A stretch of 64,000 nucleotides of DNA from the human T2T-CHM13v2.0 reference genome, Homo sapiens, in assembly GCF_009914755.1 (NCBI RefSeq), contig NC_060933.1. The stretch is one strand, 5' to 3'. The notes below the pieces were generated by a model. That model saw only the letters and a list, made by a program, of their open reading frames with translations. It was not told where the DNA came from and did not search any database. Below are positions 1 to 16,178 of this stretch, piece by piece. The position numbers and the translations under genes are program-made. Each line of letters opens with the position of its first letter. Within the stretch, counting starts at the first letter, position 1.

Positions 1-54
1 AGTGCTGAGATTACAAGCGTGAGCCACCACGTCCAGCCTGACTGCTTTTACTTA

Positions 55-575
55 TATCACTTTTTTTGTTGTGGTAAAATATAACAAAATTTGCCATTTT
101 AACCATTTTTAGTGTACAATTCAGTGGCATTCTGTATACTCACATTGTTGTGCAACCAGCACCACTATGGGTCTCCGGAACTCTTTTATCTTACCAAACT
201 GAAACTTTGTGTCTATGAAACAATAAGTCGGGATTCCCTTCTCTCCTAGTCCCTGGGAACCACCATTTCTACTTTCTGACTATGAATTTGACTATTCCTG
301 GTTCCTCATGTCAGTGGAATCATACAGTATTTGTCTGGCTTATTTCACGTAGCATAATGTCCTCAAGGTTTCTCCATGTTGTAGCATGAGTCCAAATTTC
401 ACTCATTTTTAAGACTGAAAAATATTTCGTCGTGTGCATACACCACCTCGTTTTTATCCATTCATCTGTCAATGGACTTAGGTTGTTTCCACCTTTTGGC
501 TATTGTGAAGAATGTCGGTTAACATTGGTATACAAATACCTGTTTGAGCCCCTGCTTTCCATTTTTGGGAGTTGC
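55..575 (-). mobile_element. L1M 3'-end fragment
   Basis: Typical antisense L1 3' UTR text (ggaatcatacagtatttgtc, tggcttatttcac, ttccaccttttggctattgtg). Confidence 0.7.
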
Positions 576-897
576 CATCATTTTAAAGCCAAACCAAGGA
601 GAAAGCTCTCCCCTCCCACCTGAGGGAGCCGCATTTGTTTTTTTAGGAAGTGGGGTTGAGAAGGTGTAACAGCACCCCAGACTGACCACAGCGGCCACGA
701 CTGCACACAGGGGAACTTTGCCTCGCTCGACACTACAGGGTGAAAGAAACACAGAAGTTGTCAAGGAACGTGGCCCCTCTTCCTCTCTCATCTCTCCAGG
801 TGTCTTGTTTCTTTGCTTTAGTCCAGGGGTTTCACTTGCTGAATAAACTGCCTTGAAATGTCCAAGTCATAAACTTAAGAGATCCAAACCTCCTTTT

Positions 898-915
898 TAG
901 CAGCAGAGGGCGCTC
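898..915 (+). promoter_or_regulatory. CTCF motif (forward)
   Basis: tagcagcagagggcgctc closely matches the core CCASYAGRKGGCRS. Confidence 0.6.
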
Positions 916-944
916 GCATCTGTTCCCTTCATGACTTTGTTTCA

Positions 945-1130
945 GAGTTTCTGTAAGCATGGTCGTCTGGCCACTTGCATGGGAACAACCCGGGGTGTTT
1001 ATTTAAAATGCAGGCTCCTGGACCCCACCCCCAGAGACTGTGATGCAGCACATCTGGGTGGACCTGGGAATCTGCATGTTAAATTAGCTCCTCCGCTGAT
1101 TCTAAGGCAGCGGAGGCAAGAACCACTCAT
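945..1130. mobile_element. MER5A-like hAT-Charlie MITE
   Basis: aaaatgcaggctcctggaccccacccccagaga...gggaatctgcat motif. Confidence 0.6.
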
Positions 1131-1307
1131 AGAGTCTGATGCAAGTCCTCTGGAAATTCTTGGAGCTGTCCGTGGTATCAGTAAGAAGGCCTCACTGTCC
1201 CCCCATTTCTCTCCACAAACCTACCCCCCAAATCCTGTCCCTCCTCCTGGTGTCCTTGATCTCAGCAAGTGGCACTACCTTCATTCAGTCATCCATGCTT
1301 GAAATTT

Positions 1308-1387
1308 GCCGAGATCGCGCCACTGCACTCCAGCCTGGGCGACAGAGTGAGACTCGGTCTCAAAAAAAAAAAAAAAAAAAAAAAAAA

Positions 1388-1437
<50 letters not shown>

Positions 1438-1604
1438 CTGGGCATGATGGCATATGCCTGTAATCCCAGCTACTCGGGAGGCTGAGGCACAAAACTCATG
1501 AACCCAGGAGGCAGAGGCTGCAGTGAACTGAGATCGCGCCACTGCACGCCTAGGGCAACAGAGCGAGACTCATTCGAGAGAGAAAAAGAGAGAGAGAGAG
1601 AGAG
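1308..1604 (+). repeat. Two Alu right-arm fragments separated by poly(A) and (AT)n, ending in (GA)n
   Basis: Alu 3' end 1308-1361, A-run to 1389, (AT)~21 1391-1433, second Alu arm 1437-1570, then GA repeat. Confidence 0.85.
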
Positions 1605-3308
1605 ATCTCCTCTTTCCTCTCTTATCTATCTCTATCATCACCACCCCAATTCAGGCTTCTGCTGATAGCTCACCTCCAGCTCTGCCACACACCCACCCAT
1701 TCTCCACACCAGACCTGCCACTCTCCTGCTTAGAAACCTCCCCTGGTTTGTCACCATCTACAGATAAAGTCCAAGAACATTGATTGTCCTAAGAGGCCCT
1801 TCCTGATTACAATTTCTGAAATCAACCCCTCTCCCTGCCTCCATGCCTTTGTAAACATTGTTCCTTCTGTCTGGACTTCCCTTCCTTCATGTCTGTTCTT
1901 AGACAAACTTTTCCCAGTGCCTCAGGCAGAAATAGTTACTCTCTGTGCTCTTCTATTCACACCCATAATTCTCATCCACAACTCTCAACCCTGGTCTGTC
2001 TGTCACACTATCTAGAAATCATCTCAGCCTCCACCATTAGTCTGGGCAAGAACAAATCTTGTCTGATTCATCTCTGTATCCCCATCTCTTGGGTCTTGGA
2101 ACACAGTGGCCCTTGCTTTGTTCATGGTAGTATGAACAAAGTAGTATGGATGTATTAATGAATGAGTCATTTTCAGCCTCATATGTCAAATCTGTAAGGA
2201 CAATCCCATATAGAAATATTCATTTTGGCTTCACATCCCGAGACCTCTTCTGCCTCAGGGCCTTTGCACATGCCCTCTGCCTTTCTTTAGATCTCTGGCT
2301 ACTGCTCCTTCATTATTCAGTGTAAATGATACATCTGCACAGATACCTCTGATCTCTTCATCTAAGTCAGACTTATTCAGATGAAATAATTATGCAAGAG
2401 AGGAAAATAGGAGGTGTCATGAGGGAGTATATGATTAAGTGCCAATGAGGCAAAGAGTAAAAAATAAAATTCATCCAGTAGCTCAAGAAATAGAGAATTT
2501 ACTGTGAATTAGAAAGCTAGACCAGGCTTCCTATAAGAGAGAGACTATAAGCTGAGTCTTCGAGGTGGAGTAGGAATCAGGTTGATAGAAAGCTAGGTGG
2601 GGTGGTCACTGAAGAGCTATGGATAGGGCTGCTGCAGTCATGCAAGAGGCCTTGCGGGCGTTGAAATCCAATGTGTGCAAAGCCTCACCCATCATGGCTT
2701 TGGCCATGGGATGGGGGTGCTTTTGCCCATTGGCTTAAAGACTCCCAGGGCTCATGGAGGCCCTGTACTGAGAGGGAAGATGAAGAAAAGGTGAAGCAAG
2801 ATTTAAGAAGGGGATAATCATCTGCTTCTTCAAGAGGGCAGGGAGCAGACTGGACCAGTTGAAATACAAGCCTCTGAGCAAGGGAGAAAAGAAAGGAAAC
2901 AAGGCCCACTTGAGCCCGACTGTCAGGTCTTTGAATACCATGGCACCCTTGACTTCTCAGGAAATTCTAAAATGTGTTAGTGGAAAATCCAAACCCACAT
3001 GAGACTTCTTCAAGAAAAGCTTTAGCTGTGTCTGCTAAGAAGCAAAAGCAGGTTAGATTTCAGGACTAGGATTACTTCCAAAAAATACACAAATGTGAAA
3101 ATAAAGTTCTCCGGGAGTTCTCTCCTTTTCCTTCCCAGCACTCACCATAGTTTACAGTTGGAGTGTTACTTGTTTGTTTACTTGTTATAGCCTGTCTTGC
3201 CAGCCAGAGTCTGGGTGCCAGAATATAAAGGGTGTGTTGTTCTTGCTGACCACAATATCCTAGTGCCTAGTTCAGTGCCTGGCACAGAGTAGGCATTCTG
3301 GAACTGTT

Positions 3309-3346
3309 GAATGAATGAATGAATGAATGAATGAATGAATGAATGA
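3309..3346. repeat. (GAAT)n microsatellite at an L2 3' tail
   Basis: About 9 GAAT units following cagtgcctggcacagagtaggc. Confidence 0.9.
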
Positions 3347-4211
3347 AAAATTAGACTGCCCAGATAGTCAACAATTAAAAAATGGTTAAGTGAATGATAG
3401 CAAACGCTGTCAATGACAGCTTCAGCCGCTTAGGAAAATGTTGATGATGTAACATTAAGGGAACTGGTGCAAGCATTGCAATTACAATGCTTAAAAAGTG
3501 CTCTGCGTAAACAGGGCCTGGAAGAATATAGAGACAAATGAGAACAGCTGTGGTGCCGGAGACACGAGATCTTGCTTAAAATTTTCCACTCAGTTTTGGC
3601 AAACCGTAACAACCTTGTGGCTCTTCATATCCTTGAACCTTGAAATCAATCTCATTTCTAGAGACTGCTGATAAGAGTCGGAAAGACAAAGCTTTAGGTA
3701 GTAATCTGTTACTGGTGAGTAACCTCTCTGCGACAGGCACTGTCCTAAGCATTTTGCATACATCATGTCATTTAATCTGTAAACCAGCTCTGGGATGGGT
3801 CCCATTGTTAATCACATTTTACAGATGGTGAAGGAAATGGCTACTACTCCGAGAAGAGAAGGCGCTTGCCCAAGTCACAGCTAGTAAAGGCAAAGACAGG
3901 ATTCAAACTCAGAGTGGTCTGACACCAGCACCAGCTCCCAACACCCACACTTATTCACACACCAAGACTTTGTCCACAAAAATACTCAACATACATTTAA
4001 ACACCAGCGAGTTTAATCCTCAGCTCTGTGAAAATTATATGCAGGGAAAAACACTGGAGGCAGATATGCCAAAATATTAGTAGTGGTTATTCTGGGTGAT
4101 GGAATTAAGGGTGACTTATTTTCTTCTTTATTCTTTTCTATAATTTCCACATTTTCTACAATGAGCACGCGTTGCCTTAATAACTGGAAAATCAATGTAC
4201 TTTTAAATTAA

Positions 4212-4632
<421 letters not shown>

Positions 4633-4926
4633 GGGAAGGGGCTTGTTTTGACACTGACCTCACCATGTCTTCACCACTCCCATCCCATCCACATCCCAAC
4701 ACCTTGTCTCTTTCCCCCAGATGGACTTGCTGTAAAATGGACTTTTACAGCTGTCAAAGTCAATTGACTTTTTAAATTTTTAAATTGACGTTAACAGCTG
4801 TAAAAGTCCATTTTACAGCAAATCCATTTGTGGGGAAAGAGACAGGAGGAACAAATGGTCCAGGAGAGAAGGGTGTGGGGAACTTTTGCCCCAGCTGGTT
4901 GTTTCTGCCCTATTAGTATCAGAGGT

Positions 4927-4944
4927 CGCCACCAGGTGGCGCCC
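4927..4944 (+). promoter_or_regulatory. CTCF motif (forward)
   Basis: cgCCACCAGGTGGCGCcc is an exact core consensus match in a locally CpG-retaining patch. Confidence 0.7.
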
Positions 4945-6484
4945 GAGGTCCAGTTTTTAAGAGGGAGAAGGCTGAAGCGCCTCTGAATCGCGAGCTCTGC
5001 CCAGCTAAGCTTGCAAACACACACATTTTTGCACCTCTGGGCTTTTGCCACTATTGCTCTCTCTGCTGGGTGCACCCTCCCTCACAGCTCACCTGACCCA
5101 ATCCGCTCAGTTTATCCTTCAGGCCCAGCTACAAAATCTCCTTTTCTTAGGGTATGGCTGAGCTCCCGGGGGCATCCAGTTCCCGGAAGGCGGCGTGGCC
5201 GATCTTAATGAATGAGCAAAAGGCGTCATGTTCAGTTTCAGGTTAACTTTTTCTCTAATAGGTTGTTTCTTTCTTATTGTCAGTAGTAGCCATTGTTCAT
5301 GGAGCACATCTGTATGTCGAGCCTCGTTGTGTATTTGGGCATTTAACTGAACATTATTTTCCCCACAGCACAGTTTAGCCTGGAGGCTGAGCACGAGTTG
5401 AGTTCTGAAGCTGACAGCCTGGGTTCAAGTCTTATCTCTCCCACTTTCTGGCTGATTATACTTAGATAGGTTACCTGGCTCTTCTGTGATTCTTTCCTCA
5501 CTGTGAAAAGGTGAAAATGATAGTACCTACCTCCCGGTGTTCCTGTTACTTTGAGGATTAAGTTAGCCACCACATGGAAAAGCATTTAGAACAGAAACGG
5601 CCGGCATATACCAAACCCTCAAGTAACCTGTTGATCTCTGTTATGCCCCTATGTCCCTCTTGGCTTTATGATTCTCTAGAAAGCAGTGACATCCCCTCCT
5701 CTTGGATCTGCTTTTATGACCTCTCCACCCCATGCTAGGCTGCATTTCCCCATCCCCACAGACCAGGAGTTTCTGGAGGACTGGGCTGTGGTTGATTCAG
5801 TCCCCTGGGCCCCCAGCACAGGGCCCAGCACAGAGTAAATGGCACTTATGGAATTGGATTATGAATTATTTAGCCTGGGCATTGTTGCCTTAGGTTTTAC
5901 AGTTCTGTATCTACAGGTATGTCAAGGGATATAGGGGTGAAAGAGGAAATTACCGAAACAAAACAGTTTTGACATTTTTATTGGAGGGTAATATACACAC
6001 AGAAAACTTCGATGGATTTTCATAAACTGAAAAGACCGAAGAAACCAACACCCAGATCAAAAATCAGAACATCCCCAGCACCCTGGAAGCCCCACCCTAG
6101 GGTAATTGCTTTCCTGACTTCTAATAGCATGGATTAGTTTTGTTTAAAATAAGATACATTTTAACTGATTCCAAGTTTTAAGAACCCACGTCATACATTA
6201 TGTGCTTAGGTGGAGAGGCATAAGGCCAGAGGCTATTTTCAAACACAACAGCAGACAGTGGGACCCACAGTGACCAACAGCCCACTGGGGTGGGGCCCTG
6301 CTTCATGGCTTGCAAAATGCCATATGATATCTGTGCACCGAGTACCCCTTTCCACTTCTGCACACCCATGTGTCCATGCTGTGCGTGGAAGTCAAGGAGG
6401 GACGTCCCAGAAGAGGGGACAGGGACAAGAGCAGGGCGCCTGGCAGAACCGATCACTCAGGGAAAGGCCCTGACAGGTGAACTA

Positions 6485-6910
<426 letters not shown>

Positions 6911-8123
6911 CTAGGAGGGTTTTTAGCAGAGGACTGACTGGTCAGATTTCTATTTCAGAAATAAAGCTCTGCACGTTGAGAAATAAAAGTAAGTTAACAT
7001 TTATTGTCCTAAACCCTTTACGTGGATTATTGAGTTTATGGCTCACAGCAACTAAGGAGGTAGACAGCAGTGGTCTCCCACTTTATAGATCAGGAAGCAG
7101 CACAAGGAAAGTAAGTGGGTGCCCAAAGTCACTCAGCTGGAAGTTCTGGAGCTCATATGCCAACCCGGGCCCAGAGCCTGACCCCTAACTTTATTCTACC
7201 TTGGAAGAGGGCTTGGGGGCAGAATCGGGGTGAGGAGACCAGTGAGGAGTCTACTGCAGTTAAGCAGCCCAGAGGTGGTGGGGGGCGGCTGTGGGAAGGG
7301 GACCGAGATAGGAGGGAACTGGGGCCCTTCCTGCTGCTCAGGCTCATCAGCATTGCCCTTTCCTCAGGCACCAGGAGCTTGGACTGGGCTCCCCTCTCAC
7401 CAGCCAAATTTCAGAGACTCCCAGTTTCCTCCTCCTCCCTCCTCACTGTCCCCAAAAGACTCATCCTTCCAATGCTTTCACTTTGCCAAGGAAGAAGCTT
7501 AGGAGATGGCAGTAAGTCTGGGGTCCCACAGCCCTGGTCTGTACCCTGGGGCTCAACAACTTCATGAAAGGGTCTCTGGAAGCACTGGGGAGCCTGCCCC
7601 CTCTAGTTATTATCCTGAGGATGAGTGGAGGTGATCCTGGCTTCCTTCCCCCTGGGCCTCTTCCTCCAGGGCATCCCTGTCCCTGGGAGATTAGCTTGAA
7701 GCTGCCATCAGCCTCAAGGATAGCACCCCCTTGTCTTGGGGGGATGAATGGTCACTAGGAGACCTCCAGACTAGCAACACCTCCTGTGGAGCCCCTGCCC
7801 TGGGAAGCCTCCTGGAGAAGGCTGATGGAAGACAGAGGTATCTTTGGGCAGCCACACCTGGCACCTGGTGGACAGACATACCTGGAGGGGCAGGCCGGAG
7901 GGAGGTGAAGACAGCTTTAGGGAGAAATTGGAGCTGCAGATGGAGGCCTAATCTTGTCTGCTCTGAGAAAGAGCCCTAGGAAAGAAAGGAAGAGAGAGAG
8001 GAGTGGCGGGAGGGAAAGATGGAGGAAAGGAAGAAACTTACATTTGCTTAACACTTCCAGTATATTGGGAACTTGATATAAACAAACCTTCACAGCAAGA
8101 TTATAAGCCTCTGTAGTGTAGAG

Positions 8124-10565
<2,442 letters not shown>

Positions 10566-10675
10566 ATGTGGAGCAGTCAGACTGCCTGGGTTGGAATCTA
10601 CGCTCTTCTTTACAACCCTGGGCAAGTTTTATAACTTCTCTGTCCCCTGCTTTCCTCGTCTAAAAAGTGGAGTGG

Positions 10676-10800
10676 GGCCGGGTGTGTGGTGGCTCATACC
10701 TATAATCCCAGCACTTTGGGAGGCCAAGGTGGGAGGTTCACTTGAACCCTGGGGTTCAAGACCAGCCTGGGCAATATAGGGAGGCCTCATCTTAAAAAAA
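10676..10800 (+). mobile_element. Alu left monomer (FLAM-like) within a MIR
   Basis: ggccgggtgtgtggtggctcatacc... followed by an A-tail. Confidence 0.8.
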
Positions 10801-11191
10801 ATTGTTGTTAATAAAAATTAAAATTGTAGTGATAACAATAATACCTCAGAATGATGTTGTGCAAAGTTAGTGAGTTGAAATACAGATGGCGCCTGCACAA
10901 AAACGCTCTACAAATGCTGGTGATTACTATGGTTTCCATTTTAGAACTGAGGAAACTGAGGCTGAGACAAAGGAAGGCTTTTATTCAGCCACACAGTGAG
11001 TAAGTGACAGATTTGAAGTTCAAGCCTCAGTCTGTCCAGTGCTAAGTCTGTGTTTTTTCCATTCCACCACTGTATTATACAGTCACCTCCTGGCCATGTC
11101 CTAACCTCACTGAGAGACCGTGGCCTGGCCCTACACCCTCTGGCCTTTCATTTCTCCCATGCCAAATGAAGAGTTTGGCACAGATGCCCCT

Positions 11192-11883
<692 letters not shown>

Positions 11884-14800
11884 CCCCTTAAGAGCTCTGT
11901 TATCTATACCGACATTTTACAAATCGGTAAAGAAGATGATAGGGAAATGTGGCGTCTTTGGCCAGGCTCCATGCACCAGGCATTCCTGTGCCATCACCAC
12001 TAAGCCTAGGGGATGATTTCCTGTCTCCCTCACTGGACTCACGTGCCAGCCACTGGAAGAAGAGGAGATGCACCATACTCTATCTGCAGGTAACAAAATA
12101 AAGGCCAGGCTTGTGCAGCAGTAAGCTGGAAAGAAAATAACTGACAACACGATACCATCTTAGATTCTCCAAGGACTCTGTGAAGGCAGAGAATAAACAT
12201 TACATTTCAAACAACTTTTCCTAAAAGGTCAAGAGAAATTGAAAGTAACCGCACTCTCCTAACAACAGCCTTCTCTCTTGGAGAGCTGTCAGGGTTTAAA
12301 AATATTTTACAAAGCAATCATCTGCATGCCATCAAGAGAGATGCCTCACTCAGGTCAAGAAGCAGGGGCTGTTGAAATGTGTCAGTGGAATTGTGCTAGG
12401 AAAAACCCACCACTGATAGCTCAATTCTAACCTAACTTTGGAAAGCAAGTTAAAAGTAAAAATAAAAATAAACAAAGGAAAATCAATCCAAGTGTTCCCA
12501 AGTGGCCCAATTTGAGAAGAAATCCTTTTCCTTCTCGGTTTAAGGGGCGAACCGGATGGACAAGATAAAGGTACATAATGCATGCTCCTGCACCAGTACC
12601 TGGCCTTCCAGGTGCCTCAGGCTCAACTGATGCTTCCTTCACTCTGGCCTTCTGTGCCAAGGCCTGTGCTGGGAGCTCCACACAGGGATGAGTAAGACAA
12701 GGCCCCCGGGGCCTGGTGATTTTCTCTGTCCACCGAGAGGCCAGGCGCATCCATAAATAACGGCAGAGCTTGAAGTGATATAATAGACAAACAGGGCAGT
12801 CAAGTTGGGCCTCTTAGCCAGGGTGACCTTTGAATGGGCATCTGCAGCAGGGAGAGCTCACCAGGCAGATGGGGAGGGGTGGGGAGGCTTTCTAGGCAGG
12901 GGGGCTGGCTCGTGCAAAGACAGAAGTGTGAATCAGCCTGGTGCAGGTGGCCAAAAAGAACAGTGTTATGTGGGACATCCATATAAAGCAGTGGATGGGG
13001 GAGGCTGCAGAGGCAGGCAGGGCCAGCGAGTGACACAGGGTCTTGCAAGCCTGGAGAGTGAGTGTGAGCAAAAGCCTGTGCTCAGCGGCAGGGCACTGCA
13101 GGTTTGGAAGCAGAGCGGGACAGGACTAGATCGAGCTTTTCCATATGTTTCTGGCTACTGAGTAGAGAAAGACTTGGAGGGAGGGAGTCTGGAGGCAGCT
13201 GGCCAGAGCCTGAACTAGGCATTCATTCATTCAACACATGTTCATGGAACATCCACTGCGTGCCAGGCACTGCTTCCAGTGTGGGGTAGTTTGGACTGTG
13301 GGGATGGACAGAAGGGCACAGACCTAGAGATGTGGGAAGTAAGGTGGGAGGTGAGGAAGGGGTGGAAGTCCAGGGGACTCTCTGGCTGTGGCTTGCCCAA
13401 CTGATGGATGGATGGTGTTACTGGCTAAAATGAAACCAGAAGGAGAAGCAGGTTTGGGAGACAACAGTGAGCTCAGTCTTGGAGTGTTGGTTTGAGATGT
13501 CTGCGGAGCAGTGGAGACCTCTCCAGCCTACATTTGCTTCAGTGCTGTGTGACAATAGCCTGGATGTTGGAGTTGTCAGATATTGTCCCTGTCTTCAACT
13601 TTCCCTGGTCTATATTTCTGGAGCCAGAGAAGCTCCAGGGAAATGCCCAGGCGGAGTGGGGAAAACCTGTGGGAATTTGCTTGTTCAGAGGAGACAGGAT
13701 GGGAGAGAGAGGAAGCCGGGTGTGGCTGAGGAATCTCGGGGAGGAGAGGATCTTTGACAGCCTGTATGCCTCCAAAGGAAGCCACGGAGCAAGGGAACAG
13801 ACTGACCTTCCAGCTTCGATTTTCTGTCTGTAAATAGGATTGATAAAATTGTTGAGGATTAAACCAGACAGTTCAGGTAAAATTGTTAGCAAGAGACCAG
13901 GTCCATAACATCCGATCTCTAAGTGACTGATGTTTTTATTAGTTTGTTGGGCCCTGGATGCAGCTAGGGCCCAAGCCCAGAGGTTTGGGGATGCATATTC
14001 AGCTCAAGGCCAGGAAGAATCTTAAAAGGCCAGGTGTCCCGGGAGGGAGCGAGGAGAAAGGGGGAAGGAGTCAGGAAGGCCAGAGCAGATCAGCTGGGCA
14101 CCCCCCATCCCCAGACCCCACCCCTGGTGAGGGCCTCAGGCTGCATGCTACCACCGATCCTCTCTTCCCCTGAATCTGGGAGCCAGGTACCTGTGCAGGG
14201 TGGGGCAGGGAGGTGGCAGGGTGTACTGGCCAGGAGGCAACAGAGGCCGGCAAGAGGAACACAGCTGGAGGGCACTGGCATGCGAGGGAGGAAGCCTGGT
14301 GAGGGGACAGCTTGGGCACCCCAGGGGTGAAGGCCCCGTGTTTGCACCAGGAGGAAGAGGTCCAGCGAGGAACTGCATAGCAACCAAGGCCTGTCCCACC
14401 TGGCCCTGCCTCAGGCAGGCTGCCCTCAGGCAGGGGGAATTGACTAATCCCCCAGCACCACCACCTTCAGGGATACCCAGTCCCAGAGTCCCAAAAAGAT
14501 AGGCCAGGTCAGCAACAACCCACCACCACCACCTCAAAAATACAGCCTTTCCAAGAAAACCACCCCAAACCAGTTCAGGACACGTCCCCAACAAGTGAAT
14601 AGAGACAGCTGGCCACTGGCTTCCTGGGCCTGGCTTTGGCCTGGTCCCCAGGGAAAGGTGCTTGAGGGCTGGGGTTTCTAACCAGCCCCATGCTATTGCC
14701 CACCTGTCACTCCCCATGGAGTGTGGGCGGGGCTTGCAGAGGAGCCCTCTGCACGGGGGATACCAGTGACATAGGGGCCTGTGTCTGCTAATGCCTCTCA

Positions 14801-16026
14801 CTTTCTCCACTCCCCTGACCTCATCCCATTTCTGGTTCTAACATGAGGGTCAAATCTATTTGGAGGTCAAGGTGAGGCAGCAGGAGAGACCTTTCAGGTT
14901 CCTCCCAGCATCCCAGGCCTCTGTTGCATTCAGCAAGCACAGACTTGAGCCAGGCACTTGGACACAGACAAATCCTCTTGCCCACACTGACCCCCAAGCA
15001 TCACACTTCCATTCTCCTGGGCTGCCTCCACCAATGTCTGCCTCTGGGAGTCTTATCCATCCTGCAAGGATGGGCTTCAAGGACACCACCTCCAGGAAGC
15101 CTACCCTGACTGCACCTCCTTTTCTCTCCCTATGTCTGCCTGAGCCACAATGATGCTCCCTCCTTTGAACTCCTGCATCCCTTTCTCTGACCCTGGTCTT
15201 AGGTTTATTCATGGCAGGACAGGCTCCCCCAAGAGGCCATGAGCTCTGAGAGCAGACCCAGTTTGAAGCAACAGGGGATGCTTTTTGAGCACCTCCTGGT
15301 CACCGGGTGCTGTGGTAGTGTGACGTGCTCCACCTCATTGACATTGACCCTTCGCTCAGTGCTGTGAGGTGGGCACTGAGACCATCGCCATTCTACCATA
15401 GAGAAACTAGGCCACTGCTTGACAAGCCAGTCATGGGAGCAGGGACTGTATCTGCCTCGCCCAGAGAAAATAAGAATGAGCGGGGCCCGGCCAGCTGTTC
15501 TGCAGCTCTGCCCAGTGCCATCTGCCCGGAACCCACTCTGCTGCCACCAGCTCTGCTCCACCTGCCCTTCCAAGCTTCAGCCTCTGTTTTCTGAAGGGCC
15601 CCTGGCCAGCTAGGAGCCTCCCTCCCAGGGCACGGTATAACCTGGGATTCCTCTCAGCTGGGGTCCTGGACGACTGGGTCTGGGGGTTTCAGGATCACCC
15701 GACCTGACCCGTGGCAGCCAAGGTGGCTGGCCAGGCTGCAACCCCCCCACCCCACATCTATGTATGCCCCGCTGCCCGGCCCTGGAGCTGCCACCTGCTT
15801 TCAATCTTCAAACGGCTTGTGCTTTGAGGACCCCAAGTTCAGTTGGTCACAACCCTGGCCCCCAGAAATACCTTAAGGTGGCCCATGGGCCCTGGATGAT
15901 CTGCTCCCCCACCCTCTTCAAACCCCATCCTCACATTCCATTTCCCAGCCATTGCTCCAAGCACCACTTCCTCCCACATGCTGGCTTCTCTCCTCAAGGT
16001 CATGACACCCAAAGCTTCCTCTTCCT

Positions 16027-16178
16027 GGCCAACTCCATCATCCTCCCTGGCCAACTCCATCATCCTCCCTTGCCAACTCCATCATCCTCCCTGGCCAACT
16101 CCATCATCCTCCCTGGCCAACTCCATCATCCTCCCTTGCCAACTCCATCATCCTCCCTGGCCAACTCCATCATCCTCC
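16027..16178. repeat. 22-bp minisatellite, ~7 copies, with 66-bp higher-order period
   Basis: Unit (g/t)gccaactccatcatcctccct. First-base pattern across units is G,G,T,G,G,T,G. Confidence 0.95.

Noticed and set aside
14148-14810. 220-aa minus-strand ORF and overlapping ORFs
   Set aside because: ORFs are open in several frames because of high GC. No homology is recognised and there is no exon structure.
16027-16178. Regular 22-bp repeats resembling a CRISPR array
   Set aside because: Units are contiguous with no unique spacers. The context is eukaryotic and there are no cas genes. This is a minisatellite.
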